Program-made: the position numbers and the translations under genes
Shown: positions 1 through 9,542 of the stretch, piece after piece
Layout of the letters: the number at the start of each line of letters is the position of its first letter
Position numbering within the stretch: the stretch's first letter is position 1
The notes under the pieces: model-generated
Seen by the model: the letters and a program-made list of their open reading frames with translations, nothing else
Told to the model about the DNA's origin: nothing
The model's database searches: none
Source: an uncultured Clostridia bacterium
GTDB taxonomy: Bacteria > Bacillota > Clostridia > Christensenellales > UBA1242
Assembly (NCBI GenBank): GCA_944377315.1
Contig: CALWEM010000018.1
Coordinates: 49,106-113,105 of the forward strand
Direction of reading: 5' to 3'
Length of the DNA stretch: 64,000 nt

Positions 1-1113
1 GCAAACAAGGTGGAGTTTTATCGCTGGGGAACAGAGAAAATTTCCGCTTTGAAGCGTGATTTATTAAACGCCAAAGAAACCATCAATATGGAATATTATA
101 TTTTCGGTGATGATGTCGCCGGAAAAGAAATTATGGACATTCTCATCAAAAAGGCAAAGGAAGGAGTCAAGGTGCGTTTCATCTTTGACTCCATAGGTTG
201 CCTTGGCGCTCCTCGTCGATTTTTCAGAAAACTTAAAAAAGCGGGTGGCGAAGTTGCAGAATTTTTCCCGCCTTTTGGACATATTCGTATGCTTAATCTC
301 AAAATGAATTATCGTAATCACCGCAAAATCGTGGTGATTGATGGCAAGGTGGCATACACCGGTGGGATGAATATTCGTGATGACCATATCTATGGCACCG
401 CAAAAAAAACAAGCCCTTGGAGAGATAGCCATTTGAGAGTTGAAGGAAGCGGTGTTTATATTTTGCAAAATATCTTTCTTAACGATTGGCGATATTGCAA
501 AAAAGAAGAGAAAGATCCTGAAGAATATGTCAAAATGGGCTATTTCCCAACCGCAGAACTCAAAGGTGATGTCAATTTGCAAGTGGTGGCGTCTGGACCT
601 GACACCAATATGCAAAACATCAAAGACTGCTACATTAAGCTCATCACCAACGCCAAGGAGAGAGTGATTATTGAGTCGCCATATTTTGTGCCAGACGAAA
701 GTTTCTTGTCTGCCATCAAAATTGCACTTGCAAGTGGTGTTAAAGTGGTGATAATAATTCCACAAAAACCAGACCACAAGGCGATTTTCCACGTTTCAAT
801 GTCCTACCTTCAAGAACTTCTTGCAATGGGCGCAGAAATCTATCTATATAAAGGCTTTTTGCACAGCAAAACTTTGCTTGTCGATGACAACAAACTTTCA
901 ATCGGCACTTGCAACACTGACAATCGTTCCTTTGCTCTCAATTTTGAAAACACCGTCATTATGTTTTCAAAAGAGATGGTGAGCAAATATTTTGAAAGCG
1001 TCAAAGAAGAGATTAAGTCATCAGTTCGAGTTGATGCCAATTATTATCGCGAAAGACGCTGGTATACGAAATTTTTGCAGGCGATTTATCGTTTGGGTGC
1101 ACCGATACTTTAA
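1..1113 (+). CDS. cls: Cardiolipin synthase (phospholipase D family), N-terminus cut off by window start
   Basis: Frame is open from nt 1 and the ORF track start at 10 is only the first start-like codon. Two HKD motifs are present: HRKIVVIDGKVAYTGGMN and HSKTLLVDDNKLSIGTCN. The N-terminal TM segment expected for Cls is missing, consistent with truncation. Confidence 0.9.
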   Translation, partial: ANKVEFYRWGTEKISALKRDLLNAKETINMEYYIFGDDVAGKEIMDILIKKAKEGVKVRFIFDSIGCLGAPRRFFRKLKKAGGEVAEFFPPFGHIRMLNLKMNYRNHRKIVVIDGKVAYTGGMNIRDDHIYGTAKKTSPWRDSHLRVEGSGVYILQNIFLNDWRYCKKEEKDPEEYVKMGYFPTAELKGDVNLQVVASGPDTNMQNIKDCYIKLITNAKERVIIESPYFVPDESFLSAIKIALASGVKVVIIIPQKPDHKAIFHVSMSYLQELLAMGAEIYLYKGFLHSKTLLVDDNKLSIGTCNTDNRSFALNFENTVIMFSKEMVSKYFESVKEEIKSSVRVDANYYRERRWYTKFLQAIYRLGAPIL

Positions 1114-1119
1114 AAAATT

Positions 1120-1165
1120 GATAAAGAAATTATTTTATTTGCAAAATTTCTTTATCTTTTTTTTT
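1120..1165 (+). terminator. Rho-independent terminator after cls
   Basis: 12-bp perfect stem gataaagaaatt (1120-1131) / aatttctttatc (1145-1156), followed by a run of 9 T. Confidence 0.8.
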
Positions 1166-1195
1166 ATATTTGCTATAATAAAAAAGAGGTGAATT

Positions 1196-1747
1196 ATGGA
1201 ATATAGTCAATTCATTGACGCGAGCAAAGCAAAATCGCAATTTATCAAATATCGAAAATCAATCTTGGATTCTGTTGAAAAAGGAACTTTTGATGATGTT
1301 TTTTCCGATGTTTGCGTGAAGGCACTTGAAGGTGACCCTGTTGCACAAGATTGTGTGGCATATTTTTATAACAAAGGCGTGCCAGGACATTTGAAAGTGA
1401 ATTATGATTTGTATATGTCTTGGGAAATTTTGGCGTGTGCAAATGGTAACTCTTTTGCCATTGACAAATTGGAATTTTTCTTGAAATATGCTCTTGACAT
1501 CATTTTCTCGGTTGACGCTGTTCTTCACGATGCACTGATGAATGGAAATATCACAAAAGAAAATGGAATATATGTCATTCCAAATCTTCTTTGCGAATGT
1601 ATGGTGGACATTTTGAAGATTGACCCAAAAGAACTTGTCAAAAGAGATAACACTGAAGAACCATTCACAAATGAGTTAAATCGAAAATATGTGGATGCAC
1701 TTGAAGACGCAATGCCAGTTGTTGTGAGATTTATTATTTCAAGATAA
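1196..1747 (+). CDS. Hypothetical protein, possible Sel1-like repeat
   Basis: 183-aa ORF with RBS agaggtg 6 nt upstream and a TGcTATAAT extended -10 at 1171-1179. The segment ALEGDPVAQDCVAYFYNKGVPG...YMSWEILACANGNSFAIDKL loosely fits the Sel1 repeat pattern. Confidence 0.55.
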   Translation: MEYSQFIDASKAKSQFIKYRKSILDSVEKGTFDDVFSDVCVKALEGDPVAQDCVAYFYNKGVPGHLKVNYDLYMSWEILACANGNSFAIDKLEFFLKYALDIIFSVDAVLHDALMNGNITKENGIYVIPNLLCECMVDILKIDPKELVKRDNTEEPFTNELNRKYVDALEDAMPVVVRFIISR

Positions 1748-1803
1748 AATTTAGTTGCTTTTTTTCAGCATTTATTTTAAAATAAACATATTAAGAGGTA
1801 ATT

Positions 1804-3810
1804 ATGGCAGAACAAAAAAATTCAAAAGGGAAAAAACTTATCATCGCTTTGGTCATTTTTCTCGTTCTTTTTTATGCAATAGGAGTTGCAATAAGGTATT
1901 TCACAAGTGACAATCCGGACATTGTGGAAGCACTTGTGAGTGATTACGCTTGGGTAGGGCTTGGTGTTGGCGCGCTTTTTTGGCTCTTCTATTTGTATGC
2001 AGCAACAAGAAAAAGAGGAATGGCAAATGTGACTGGCAAAACCAAAGGTAAAACCGCAGAAGGCGTGGAAATGGATTTGAATTTCAATGCCAGAATGTTG
2101 TCGCCAGATGAATTGAATAAACAACGAGGAATTATTGGCACAACTTGGTCGCAACTTCCATCTCTCAAAAAAACAGGGCTTGTTGTGCAAAATTCTCTTC
2201 GAAATGGCAAATATCACATTTCAATGAAAGATGAATTCCATTCAATGATTATCGGTGCGACCGCTTCTGGTAAAACTTGGCTTGTTTTGGTGCCAACAAT
2301 AAGAATTTTGGGGCACTCTGGTGAAAAACCTGATATGGTTATTTCCGATCCGAAAGGTGAGTTGTATCAAAAAACTTCCAATATTTTGCGAGAAGAAGGT
2401 TATCGTGTTTATAAATACGACCTTCGTGACCCATTCACTTCTTCAAGATGGAATCCAATGCAACACGCTTATGATGTCTATCAAGAAGGTTTGAATTTGA
2501 AAAACACCGTCAAAAAATGCACGAATGGCGCACCACCTGAAAAAACTGGATTCAAAAGAATCACCGGTGAAAAGTATGGTCAAGAGTGGTATGGTTTCAA
2601 TGGTGTGGCTTATCCTGACTTGGAGCAACTCAAAATCGCAGTTGCCAGCACGGAAGAAGTTTATCGTGATCAGGCATACGGCGAGCTCAAAGAAATCGCT
2701 GCCACTTTGGTGCCAAGAAGTCAAGCACAAGACCCAACTTGGGAAGAAGGCGCTCAAAGTTTTCTTTATGGTGTTATGCTTGCAATGCTTGAAGACTCTC
2801 AAATTCCAGAACTTGGAATGACAAGAGAAAAATTTAATTTCTATAATTTATATCGTATTTGCACCTATCGTGACCTTGATCCAGACAATCCTTTTGAAAC
2901 TTTGAAAAAATATCTTCTTCAAGGCAGGGATGAAACAAAAAGCGAAGTGGCACAACTCACTTCTGGCGTTGTCAACACTGCTCCAAACACTGCAAAATCA
3001 TATTTCAGTGTGCTCACTGGCAAAATTAACTTTATGCAAGATGTCGGTATTTCTTATCTTACTTCTGACAGCGACATTGATTTTGGTGGCTTCACTGACA
3101 AGCCAACTGCATTTTACATCTGTATTCCAGATGACAAAGAAGAAAGATACACGCTTGCTAACCTTTGTATTTCACAATTATACAAGCGCTTGGTGGACAA
3201 AACTAACACATTGCCATCCAAAAAATTGCCTCGTCACGTTTATTATCTTCTTGATGAGTTTGGTAATATGCCACCAATTCCAAAATTTGACAGTATGATC
3301 ACTGTTTCGCGTTCAAGAAATATTATATATGAACTTTTGGTGCAATCCTACACCCAGCTTGAAACCAAATATGGCAAAGAGGCGGCAGAAACAATTAAAG
3401 GTAACTGTAACATTCAAATCTTCATCGGAACTGATGACCAAAACACCAGAGATGACTTCTCCAAGCGTTGTGGTGATGTGCAACTTGTGTTTGAAGAAGA
3501 AAGCAAGACAAGAAGTATGAAAGATTCAGATGGAAATTCCAGAAACTATTCTGTTCAAAGAACCACCCGTCCACTTATCACTTCATATGAGTTGGGACAG
3601 CTCCCATTCGGAACTGTTGTGGTCAAGATTTTCCGTTTGCAACCTTGCAAAATCAAACTTACACCTGCCTTTGAAACACCATTCTTCCACTCAAATGATA
3701 CCAAGCCGGAAGTTGGTGTGATGAAATCTTTGGATAAAGACAAGGTTTATTACAACATTAAGGACAGAAACAGAAAAATTTTGAAGTCCACAAATCCATT
3801 TGATTTCTAG
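1804..3810 (+). CDS. Type IV secretion coupling protein (TraG/TraD/VirD4 family ATPase)
   Basis: Two N-terminal TM helices. Walker A GATASGKTW, family motif SDPKGELY, and Walker B region HVYYLLDEFGNMPPIP. C-terminal family pattern SRSRNIIYELLVQSYTQLETKYGKEAAETIKGNCN. Confidence 0.85.
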   Translation: MAEQKNSKGKKLIIALVIFLVLFYAIGVAIRYFTSDNPDIVEALVSDYAWVGLGVGALFWLFYLYAATRKRGMANVTGKTKGKTAEGVEMDLNFNARMLSPDELNKQRGIIGTTWSQLPSLKKTGLVVQNSLRNGKYHISMKDEFHSMIIGATASGKTWLVLVPTIRILGHSGEKPDMVISDPKGELYQKTSNILREEGYRVYKYDLRDPFTSSRWNPMQHAYDVYQEGLNLKNTVKKCTNGAPPEKTGFKRITGEKYGQEWYGFNGVAYPDLEQLKIAVASTEEVYRDQAYGELKEIAATLVPRSQAQDPTWEEGAQSFLYGVMLAMLEDSQIPELGMTREKFNFYNLYRICTYRDLDPDNPFETLKKYLLQGRDETKSEVAQLTSGVVNTAPNTAKSYFSVLTGKINFMQDVGISYLTSDSDIDFGGFTDKPTAFYICIPDDKEERYTLANLCISQLYKRLVDKTNTLPSKKLPRHVYYLLDEFGNMPPIPKFDSMITVSRSRNIIYELLVQSYTQLETKYGKEAAETIKGNCNIQIFIGTDDQNTRDDFSKRCGDVQLVFEEESKTRSMKDSDGNSRNYSVQRTTRPLITSYELGQLPFGTVVVKIFRLQPCKIKLTPAFETPFFHSNDTKPEVGVMKSLDKDKVYYNIKDRNRKILKSTNPFDF

Positions 3811-3833
3811 GATGCTCAATTTTGACTTAAATT

Positions 3834-3866
3834 AAAGAGTGAAAATAACGCTCTTTCATTTTTTTG
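3834..3866 (+). terminator. Rho-independent terminator after the coupling-protein gene
   Basis: Stem aaagagtg (3834-3841) / cgctcttt (3849-3856) with one G-U pair, then cattttttt. Confidence 0.7.
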
Positions 3867-3900
3867 TGACAGCAAAGAAAAATTTGTCATATAAGATGAT

Positions 3901-4362
3901 ATGGAAAATTATGATGACTTTAAACTTGCCGATAATTTTGAAACAATCGCGCGAGCTTACTCAAAGTCAATGAAAAACAAGGGGTTCATTTTTGTCAAAC
4001 TTGAAGAAGAAGAGTTTTCGCTTCTTTTGGATGAAATTTCTCTTCTTTTTGCCAAGATACTGGCGTGCGTTGACCTTTTGAAGAAGAGTTTTGACTGTCG
4101 CAGGCTGGAAGAGACGACTTTGAAAAACATAAAAGTAATGGAAGAGAAGTTTGCGTGCAAGCCAAAGTCGCATTTTCAATATATTGAAAGTCCAAACAAA
4201 TGCTTTTTGTCTCTGGTCGCCATTGAAAATCTTTTGACAATCAAACTTATGATTTTGTCTGTCAAAAGTGGAGAACTTGAATTTTGCCAAGGGATTATCA
4301 CGAAAAGGACACGAATTTATGCTGACAGTTTCTCCACTGAAGGCTTCATATTGAAAGAATAG
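3901..4362 (+). CDS. Hypothetical protein
   Basis: 153-aa ORF, co-directional with neighbours. No motif recognised. Confidence 0.5.
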   Translation: MENYDDFKLADNFETIARAYSKSMKNKGFIFVKLEEEEFSLLLDEISLLFAKILACVDLLKKSFDCRRLEETTLKNIKVMEEKFACKPKSHFQYIESPNKCFLSLVAIENLLTIKLMILSVKSGELEFCQGIITKRTRIYADSFSTEGFILKE

Positions 4363-4436
4363 TCAAGTTTAATTTTAAATCGTTTAAAGTTGCTTGACAA
4401 TTTTTTTTCTCTTCTTTATAATCTCTTTAAGAGGTT

Positions 4437-4967
4437 ATGATGAAAAGCAAAAGTAAAAGTTTTTGGGCGTCAATTATTGGCGTTGTTGTCAGTGGTCTAT
4501 ACATTGTCGCATTGTTTCATATAATTTCCACCACTTGGATTTCCTTCAAAAAAAGTGGGCTTGATGACACACGAATTGCTGTGGAAGGCTCTTTATATAT
4601 CGCTTTGATGCTGGTCATCATCACAACCTTTGCACTTTCCGTGGCAATACTCGTCAAAATTGCCAAAAACAAAGACATTTTCAATGGCAGAAATCGAAAA
4701 ATTTTGTTTTCAGACATCTTTTTTCTCTTTTTTGTGGCTTTTCTTTGTTTTGTTTTGAGTGTTTCAGGCGTGGGAACATTGGCGGTTATTTTATATGTTC
4801 TGGCACTCATTTTGTTGTCGATTTCCGCCACTCTTCTTCTTGTGGATTTTAATGAGAATTTGAAAATTCAAAAAGAAAATCGCAACAAAATTGACAACAC
4901 AGCCACACAAGACAATTTCTATAAAATTGAAGAAATAATGAACAAAAATATTAACGACAAGGAGTAG
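4437..4967 (+). CDS. Hypothetical integral membrane protein (about 4 TM)
   Basis: 176-aa ORF with RBS aagagg upstream. Four long hydrophobic stretches, e.g. FWASIIGVVVSGLYIVALFHII and LAVILYVLALILLSISATLLLV. Confidence 0.6.
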   Translation: MMKSKSKSFWASIIGVVVSGLYIVALFHIISTTWISFKKSGLDDTRIAVEGSLYIALMLVIITTFALSVAILVKIAKNKDIFNGRNRKILFSDIFFLFFVAFLCFVLSVSGVGTLAVILYVLALILLSISATLLLVDFNENLKIQKENRNKIDNTATQDNFYKIEEIMNKNINDKE

Positions 4968-4970
4968 GGT

Positions 4971-5816
4971 ATGCAAATCGGAATCACAATTTTCACCATA
5001 TTACTGGTGTTGGCGTTTGTCGCGATGATTGTTTTTGCTTATATCAAAGAAAAGCGAAATCTCTCAAAATACACAGAAAATCTTATTTTCAAGAAATATA
5101 ACCAAAAATTGGACAAGATTTCCGAACTTTTTCAAAATGAAAGACTGGACAAGGAACTCGACAGTTGCCGTTTCAAGATTATTGAAAAAGAAGAAAAAAA
5201 CGACAATATGGTTTATGAGAACATAAAAACGATTGACAAATTGGAAGATAACTTCAATCTTTTGAAAAATATCCAAAAAGAATTTGCTCACAAAGGAAGT
5301 GTGCAAGACAGAATTGCTCTTCTCAAAAAAAATATTGAAATTGTCAATTTGAAAGATTATCAAGCAAAACCTTCGCTTTTGAAACATAAAGCACTTTTGA
5401 TGTTTTCAGAAAGATTCAAAGAAATCAAACTTGACGAAGAAGTCACCACCATTTTGAGTGGCACACCTTGCTATCAATTTGGCGATGTTTTTATGTTCCT
5501 TGAAAAACACATCTTGAAAATCGACAGAGAAGATGTTTTTGCTGTGGAGATTTTGGACTATGACAAATTTGATGTCAAAGTGAGATTCAAAGACGAAGAG
5601 TGGATTGATTTTGATGGCACATATGACCTTAAGGATGTCATCCACAAATTCCCAGAAAATGCTGACAAGGATGACCCATATGTGAAAGAACAAGTGCTTC
5701 AAAAAAGTTATGTTTTGTCTTTTCAAAATGGCTCAATGATATATGATGTCATCCATCTTGAAACCAACAAGGAACTTCAAAAAAAATATGACAAACTCAC
5801 CACAATGTTGAAATAA
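4971..5816 (+). CDS. Hypothetical protein with N-terminal membrane anchor
   Basis: 281-aa ORF with RBS aaggag 8 nt upstream. N-terminal TM ITIFTILLVLAFVAMIVFAYI; the rest is hydrophilic with no recognised motif. Confidence 0.6.
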   Translation: MQIGITIFTILLVLAFVAMIVFAYIKEKRNLSKYTENLIFKKYNQKLDKISELFQNERLDKELDSCRFKIIEKEEKNDNMVYENIKTIDKLEDNFNLLKNIQKEFAHKGSVQDRIALLKKNIEIVNLKDYQAKPSLLKHKALLMFSERFKEIKLDEEVTTILSGTPCYQFGDVFMFLEKHILKIDREDVFAVEILDYDKFDVKVRFKDEEWIDFDGTYDLKDVIHKFPENADKDDPYVKEQVLQKSYVLSFQNGSMIYDVIHLETNKELQKKYDKLTTMLK

Positions 5817-5883
5817 CAAAAGCGAGTGTTGACAAGGTTTTTTAAATATGGTAAAATATATCATATGAAAGATAGGAGGTAAT

Positions 5884-6549
5884 ATGGATTTTCACACAAC
5901 AATCAAAATTGATGCCGATGTTTTAAAATATTCAGGCAATATTAAAAAAGCAGAAGAAATAAGCAGATTATTTGACGAGAGAGAAGCTTCAATTTTGTCA
6001 CCAGAAGATGCTTTAAAACAAATCCAAGAAGGGAAAATGACTTGCATAAGCAAGACTGGTGCATACAAAAAAGTGTATGCATATGTGGCAGAAAATGCCG
6101 AACCACTTTTCAAAACTCAATTCTATAACGAAGATGGTGAACTTATCTTCACATATCCTTGGAATGGGAAAGTAAACAAATATGACTATAAAACTGGAAG
6201 ATTGGAATTTTTAAGCAGTGAACTTCGTCGTATGGAACATCTTTCATCAATTAATTGTTTTGCCACAGAAAGTGGAAAAATAATGATTGAAGCATCTGCT
6301 GTGATGAGCCCATTTGGTGGCGTGGCACATTCAGATAAAGAAGAATATGTGGTGGAATTATATGACAGCGATGCCAAAGAAGTGCACTTTGGCGGGTCAG
6401 TGAGAAAAGAGGCTTTGCCAGAAGGATTGCAATCGGCAGTCACAGAATATGGATTTTTGGACAGAAGCATTTTGTTTTCCGCACTCGCAGTTTCAGACAA
6501 CGCTGATGAATCTTTGAAAAAAATCAAAGAAAATTCATATGTGGTTTAA
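5884..6549 (+). CDS. Hypothetical protein
   Basis: 221-aa ORF with strong RBS aggagg 5 nt upstream. No recognised motif. Confidence 0.6.
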   Translation: MDFHTTIKIDADVLKYSGNIKKAEEISRLFDEREASILSPEDALKQIQEGKMTCISKTGAYKKVYAYVAENAEPLFKTQFYNEDGELIFTYPWNGKVNKYDYKTGRLEFLSSELRRMEHLSSINCFATESGKIMIEASAVMSPFGGVAHSDKEEYVVELYDSDAKEVHFGGSVRKEALPEGLQSAVTEYGFLDRSILFSALAVSDNADESLKKIKENSYVV

Positions 6550-6597
6550 TCAAATTTTCACATAAAAAATGATGTTGTTTAATGACAAACATAAAAA

Positions 6598-6629
6598 AAT
6601 AGACATAAAAACTGTCTATTTTTTATTTT
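6598..6629 (+). terminator. Rho-independent terminator closing the 1196-6549 block
   Basis: Stem aatagaca (6598-6605) / tgtctatt (6613-6620), followed by ttttatttt. Confidence 0.7.
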
Positions 6630-6768
6630 ACGAATAGATAGTTTAAAGAAAGAAATTATGCATTTTGTTATAAATATATAACTTGCTATTTCAAATTTCA
6701 CAGCAAACTGATTTTGTAAAAATTCATATAATTTAATAAAAAAATTTTTTTTGAAAATTTTGACAAAA

Positions 6769-6816
6769 ACACAAGATATTGATATTTTTTCTTGACATAA
6801 CCACCATATCTATTAT
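6769..6816 (+). promoter_or_regulatory. Pair of NrdR-box-like operators upstream of nrdD
   Basis: acacaagatattgata (6769-6784) and ccaccatatctattat (6801-6816). Cores are CAAGATATTG and CCATATCTAT, compared with the NrdR-box core CwAtATaTwG as I recall it. Centres are 32 bp apart. Confidence 0.55.
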
Positions 6817-6819
6817 AAA
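6792..6819 (+). promoter_or_regulatory. Putative sigma-A promoter of nrdDG
   Basis: TTGACA (6792-6797), 16-bp spacer, TATAAA (6814-6819). Box 2 lies between the -35 and -10 elements. RBS aggagg at 6836-6841. Confidence 0.5.
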
Positions 6820-6847
6820 ATAGAGTTGAATTTATAGGAGGCGAAAA

Positions 6848-9010
6848 ATGCAAGTCGTTAAAAGAAATGGCAGTATTGTGGACTTTGACCCATCAAAAAT
6901 TTCAAATGCCATATCAAAAGCAAATGAAAATGTCAAGGAAAAAGAAAGGGCTTCAAAGAAGGAAATAACCGAAATTGTCAATCACATCAAAAATCTTGAC
7001 AGAAAGAGAATTTTGGTGGAAGACATCCAAGATATTGTTGAAGAAAAGTTGATGGAACAAGGGCACTATGAACTTGCCAAGAAGTATATCATCTATCGTT
7101 ATACTCGTGCCTTGGTGAGAAAAGCCAACACCACCGACCAATCAATCAAGGAACTTATTGATGGTGAGAATGAATATTGGAACACTGAAAATTCCAACAA
7201 AAATGCGCGTATTGTGACCACGCAAAGAGATTATCTTGCTGGTATCACAAGCACTGATATCACCAGAAGATTTTTGCTTCCAGAAGACATTGTCAAAGCA
7301 CACGATGAAGGAATAATTCACTTTCACGATGCTGACTATTTTGCTCAAAATGCTCTTCACAACTGCGATTTGATTAATCTTGAAGATATGCTTCAAAATG
7401 GCACCAATATCAATGGAGTTATGATTGAAAAACCACACAAATTTTTGACTGCAATGACAATTGCCACGCAAATTATCACTGCGGTAACTTCCAGTCAATA
7501 TGGTGGTGCAACTGTCACAATGACGCACCTTGCTCCATTTGTTAGAGATAGCTACAACAAATATTTGGAGAAATATCGCGAGAGAAAGTTGACCGAAGAA
7601 CAATGCAAAAAATTTGCCAAAGAAGATGTTTTGAGAGAGATTAAAGATGGCGTGCAAACCTTCCAATATCAAGTAAACTCAATGACCACCACCAATGGAC
7701 AAGCACCATTTTTGAGCGTTTGCTTATATCTTGGCGAAACTGAAGAATACAAGGAAGAGTTGGCACTTATTATTGAAGAAGTTTTGAAGCAGAGAATTGA
7801 AGGAATGAAAAATGAAAAGGGTGTTTATATCACACCAGCCTTTCCAAAACTTCTGTATGTCCTAGAAGAAGATAATATTCACGAAGACAGCAAATATTAT
7901 TATTTGACCGAACTTGCTGCAAAATGCACAGCAAAGCGTATGGTGCCTGACTATATTTCTGAAAAAATTATGAAAGAACTCAAGATTGACAAAAATGGCA
8001 ATGGAAATTGCTATCCTTGTATGGGTTGCCGTTCTTTCTTGACGCCATATGTTGACCCAAAAACAAACAAGCCGAAATATTATGGCAGATTTAACCAAGG
8101 CGTTGTCACCATCAATCTTGTCGATGTCGCTCTTTCTTCTGACGGCGATTTTGACGCTTTTTGGAAGATATTTGATGAAAGATTGGAACTTTGTCACCGT
8201 GCTCTTCAAATTCGTCACGAACGCTTGGCACACGTGACAAGTGATGTTGCACCAATTCTTTGGCAACACGGAGCACTGGCAAGACTTGGAAAAGGCGAAA
8301 GCGTCCATCCACTTCTTCACGGTGGTTATTCCACAATTTCACTGGGCTATGCTGGACTCTATGAATGTGTGAAATATATGACAGGACATTCGCACACCGA
8401 CAATGGTGATGGAAAGGAGTTTGGGCTCAAAGTTATGCAACACCTGAACGATAAATGCAAGGACTGGAAGACTGCTGAAGATATTGACTATTCAGTTTAT
8501 GGCACACCAATTGAATCCACAACCTACAAGTTTGCCAAAAACTTAAGACGCAGATTTGGCACTGTCAAGGGGATTACTGACAAAGACTATATTACAAATT
8601 CCTATCACGTTCCAGTTTTTGAAGAAATTGATGCTTTCTCCAAACTTAAACTTGAAAGCGAATTCCAAAAATTGAGCCCAGGCGGTGCAGTTTCATATAT
8701 TGAAACACCAAATCTTCAAGACAATTTGGAAGTTGTTTTGCAAGTTATCAAATATATTTATGATAACATTATGTATGCCGAACTCAACACCAAGTCTGAT
8801 TATTGTCAAAAATGTGGTTACACAGGCGAGATTTTGATTGATGATAATTTGGAATGGTATTGTCCAAATTGCGGAAATCGTGACCACTCAACACTCAATG
8901 TGGCACGAAGAACTTGCGGTTACATCGGCACAAATTTCTGGAACAAAGGCAGAACGCAAGAAATCAAGGAAAGAGTGCTTCATATTGACAATAAGGACGA
9001 TGAAGAATGA
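6848..9010 (+). CDS. nrdD: Anaerobic ribonucleoside-triphosphate reductase (class III RNR)
   Basis: N-terminal ATP-cone VVKRNGSIVDFDPSKISNAI. C-terminal Zn site CQKCGY...CPNCGN. Glycyl-radical motif RRTCGYIG. 720 aa. Confidence 0.97.
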   Translation: MQVVKRNGSIVDFDPSKISNAISKANENVKEKERASKKEITEIVNHIKNLDRKRILVEDIQDIVEEKLMEQGHYELAKKYIIYRYTRALVRKANTTDQSIKELIDGENEYWNTENSNKNARIVTTQRDYLAGITSTDITRRFLLPEDIVKAHDEGIIHFHDADYFAQNALHNCDLINLEDMLQNGTNINGVMIEKPHKFLTAMTIATQIITAVTSSQYGGATVTMTHLAPFVRDSYNKYLEKYRERKLTEEQCKKFAKEDVLREIKDGVQTFQYQVNSMTTTNGQAPFLSVCLYLGETEEYKEELALIIEEVLKQRIEGMKNEKGVYITPAFPKLLYVLEEDNIHEDSKYYYLTELAAKCTAKRMVPDYISEKIMKELKIDKNGNGNCYPCMGCRSFLTPYVDPKTNKPKYYGRFNQGVVTINLVDVALSSDGDFDAFWKIFDERLELCHRALQIRHERLAHVTSDVAPILWQHGALARLGKGESVHPLLHGGYSTISLGYAGLYECVKYMTGHSHTDNGDGKEFGLKVMQHLNDKCKDWKTAEDIDYSVYGTPIESTTYKFAKNLRRRFGTVKGITDKDYITNSYHVPVFEEIDAFSKLKLESEFQKLSPGGAVSYIETPNLQDNLEVVLQVIKYIYDNIMYAELNTKSDYCQKCGYTGEILIDDNLEWYCPNCGNRDHSTLNVARRTCGYIGTNFWNKGRTQEIKERVLHIDNKDDEE

Positions 9011-9504
9011 GATATAACAAGATAAGAAAAATGGATATATCAAATGGCAAGGGCGTGAGAGTTTCCATTTTTGTGCAAGGTTGCACCTTTAACTGCAAAA
9101 ATTGTTTCAATCCTGAAACTCACGATTTTGCCGGTGGAAAAGAATTTACGGACGACACAATAAATCGTGTTTTGGAACTTTGTGCAAATGAAAATATTGA
9201 AGGCTTGTCCATTTTGGGCGGAGAGCCGATGCATCCAAAAAATATTGAAGGAGTCTCTTTGCTTGCCAAAAAATTCAAGGAAAAATTTCCACAAAAAACT
9301 CTTTGGGCGTGGACGGGTTACAATTTTGAAAACTATTTGAAAGACAAAGAGATTGTGAAATATCTTGATGTTTTGGTGGACGGGCAATATGTTGACGAAC
9401 TGCACGATTTTCGCTTGAAATGGCGTGGGTCGTCCAATCAACGAGTTATTGATATTCCAAAAACCTTGAAAAAAGGTGAAATTGTGCTTTTTGAAGAAGC
9501 ATAG
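9007..9504 (+). CDS. nrdG: Anaerobic RNR activating protein (radical SAM)
   Basis: ATGA overlap with the nrdD stop. CxxxCxxC motif CTFNCKNC; GGEP motif ILGGEPM. 165 aa. Confidence 0.95.
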   Translation: MRYNKIRKMDISNGKGVRVSIFVQGCTFNCKNCFNPETHDFAGGKEFTDDTINRVLELCANENIEGLSILGGEPMHPKNIEGVSLLAKKFKEKFPQKTLWAWTGYNFENYLKDKEIVKYLDVLVDGQYVDELHDFRLKWRGSSNQRVIDIPKTLKKGEIVLFEEA

Positions 9505-9542
9505 AAATTTAAGAGCGGAGAAAATCCTTAAAAGGTTGTTTT

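Noticed and set aside
64-792. 242-aa minus-strand ORF antisense to cls, plus the similar antisense ORFs 7142..7672, 7862..8320, 9040..9441 and 9528..9965
   Set aside because: They lie entirely inside well-supported + strand genes (cls, nrdD, nrdG, dut). They have no RBS, and their composition (W/F/H/C-rich) is implausible. They are shadow ORFs of the sense frame.
1804-3810. Calling the region an intact integrative conjugative element on the basis of the coupling protein
   Set aside because: A single T4CP gene alone does not define an ICE, and no relaxase, VirB4-like ATPase, integrase or attachment repeats are present. It is reported only as an orphan or possible remnant.
9005-9010. Alternative genetic code (UGA as Trp, Mollicutes-style) suggested by the AT-richness
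   Set aside because: TGA terminates well-defined genes at their expected lengths (for example nrdD at 9008-9010 and ABC subunit A at 26502-26504). TGG encodes the conserved Trp residues.
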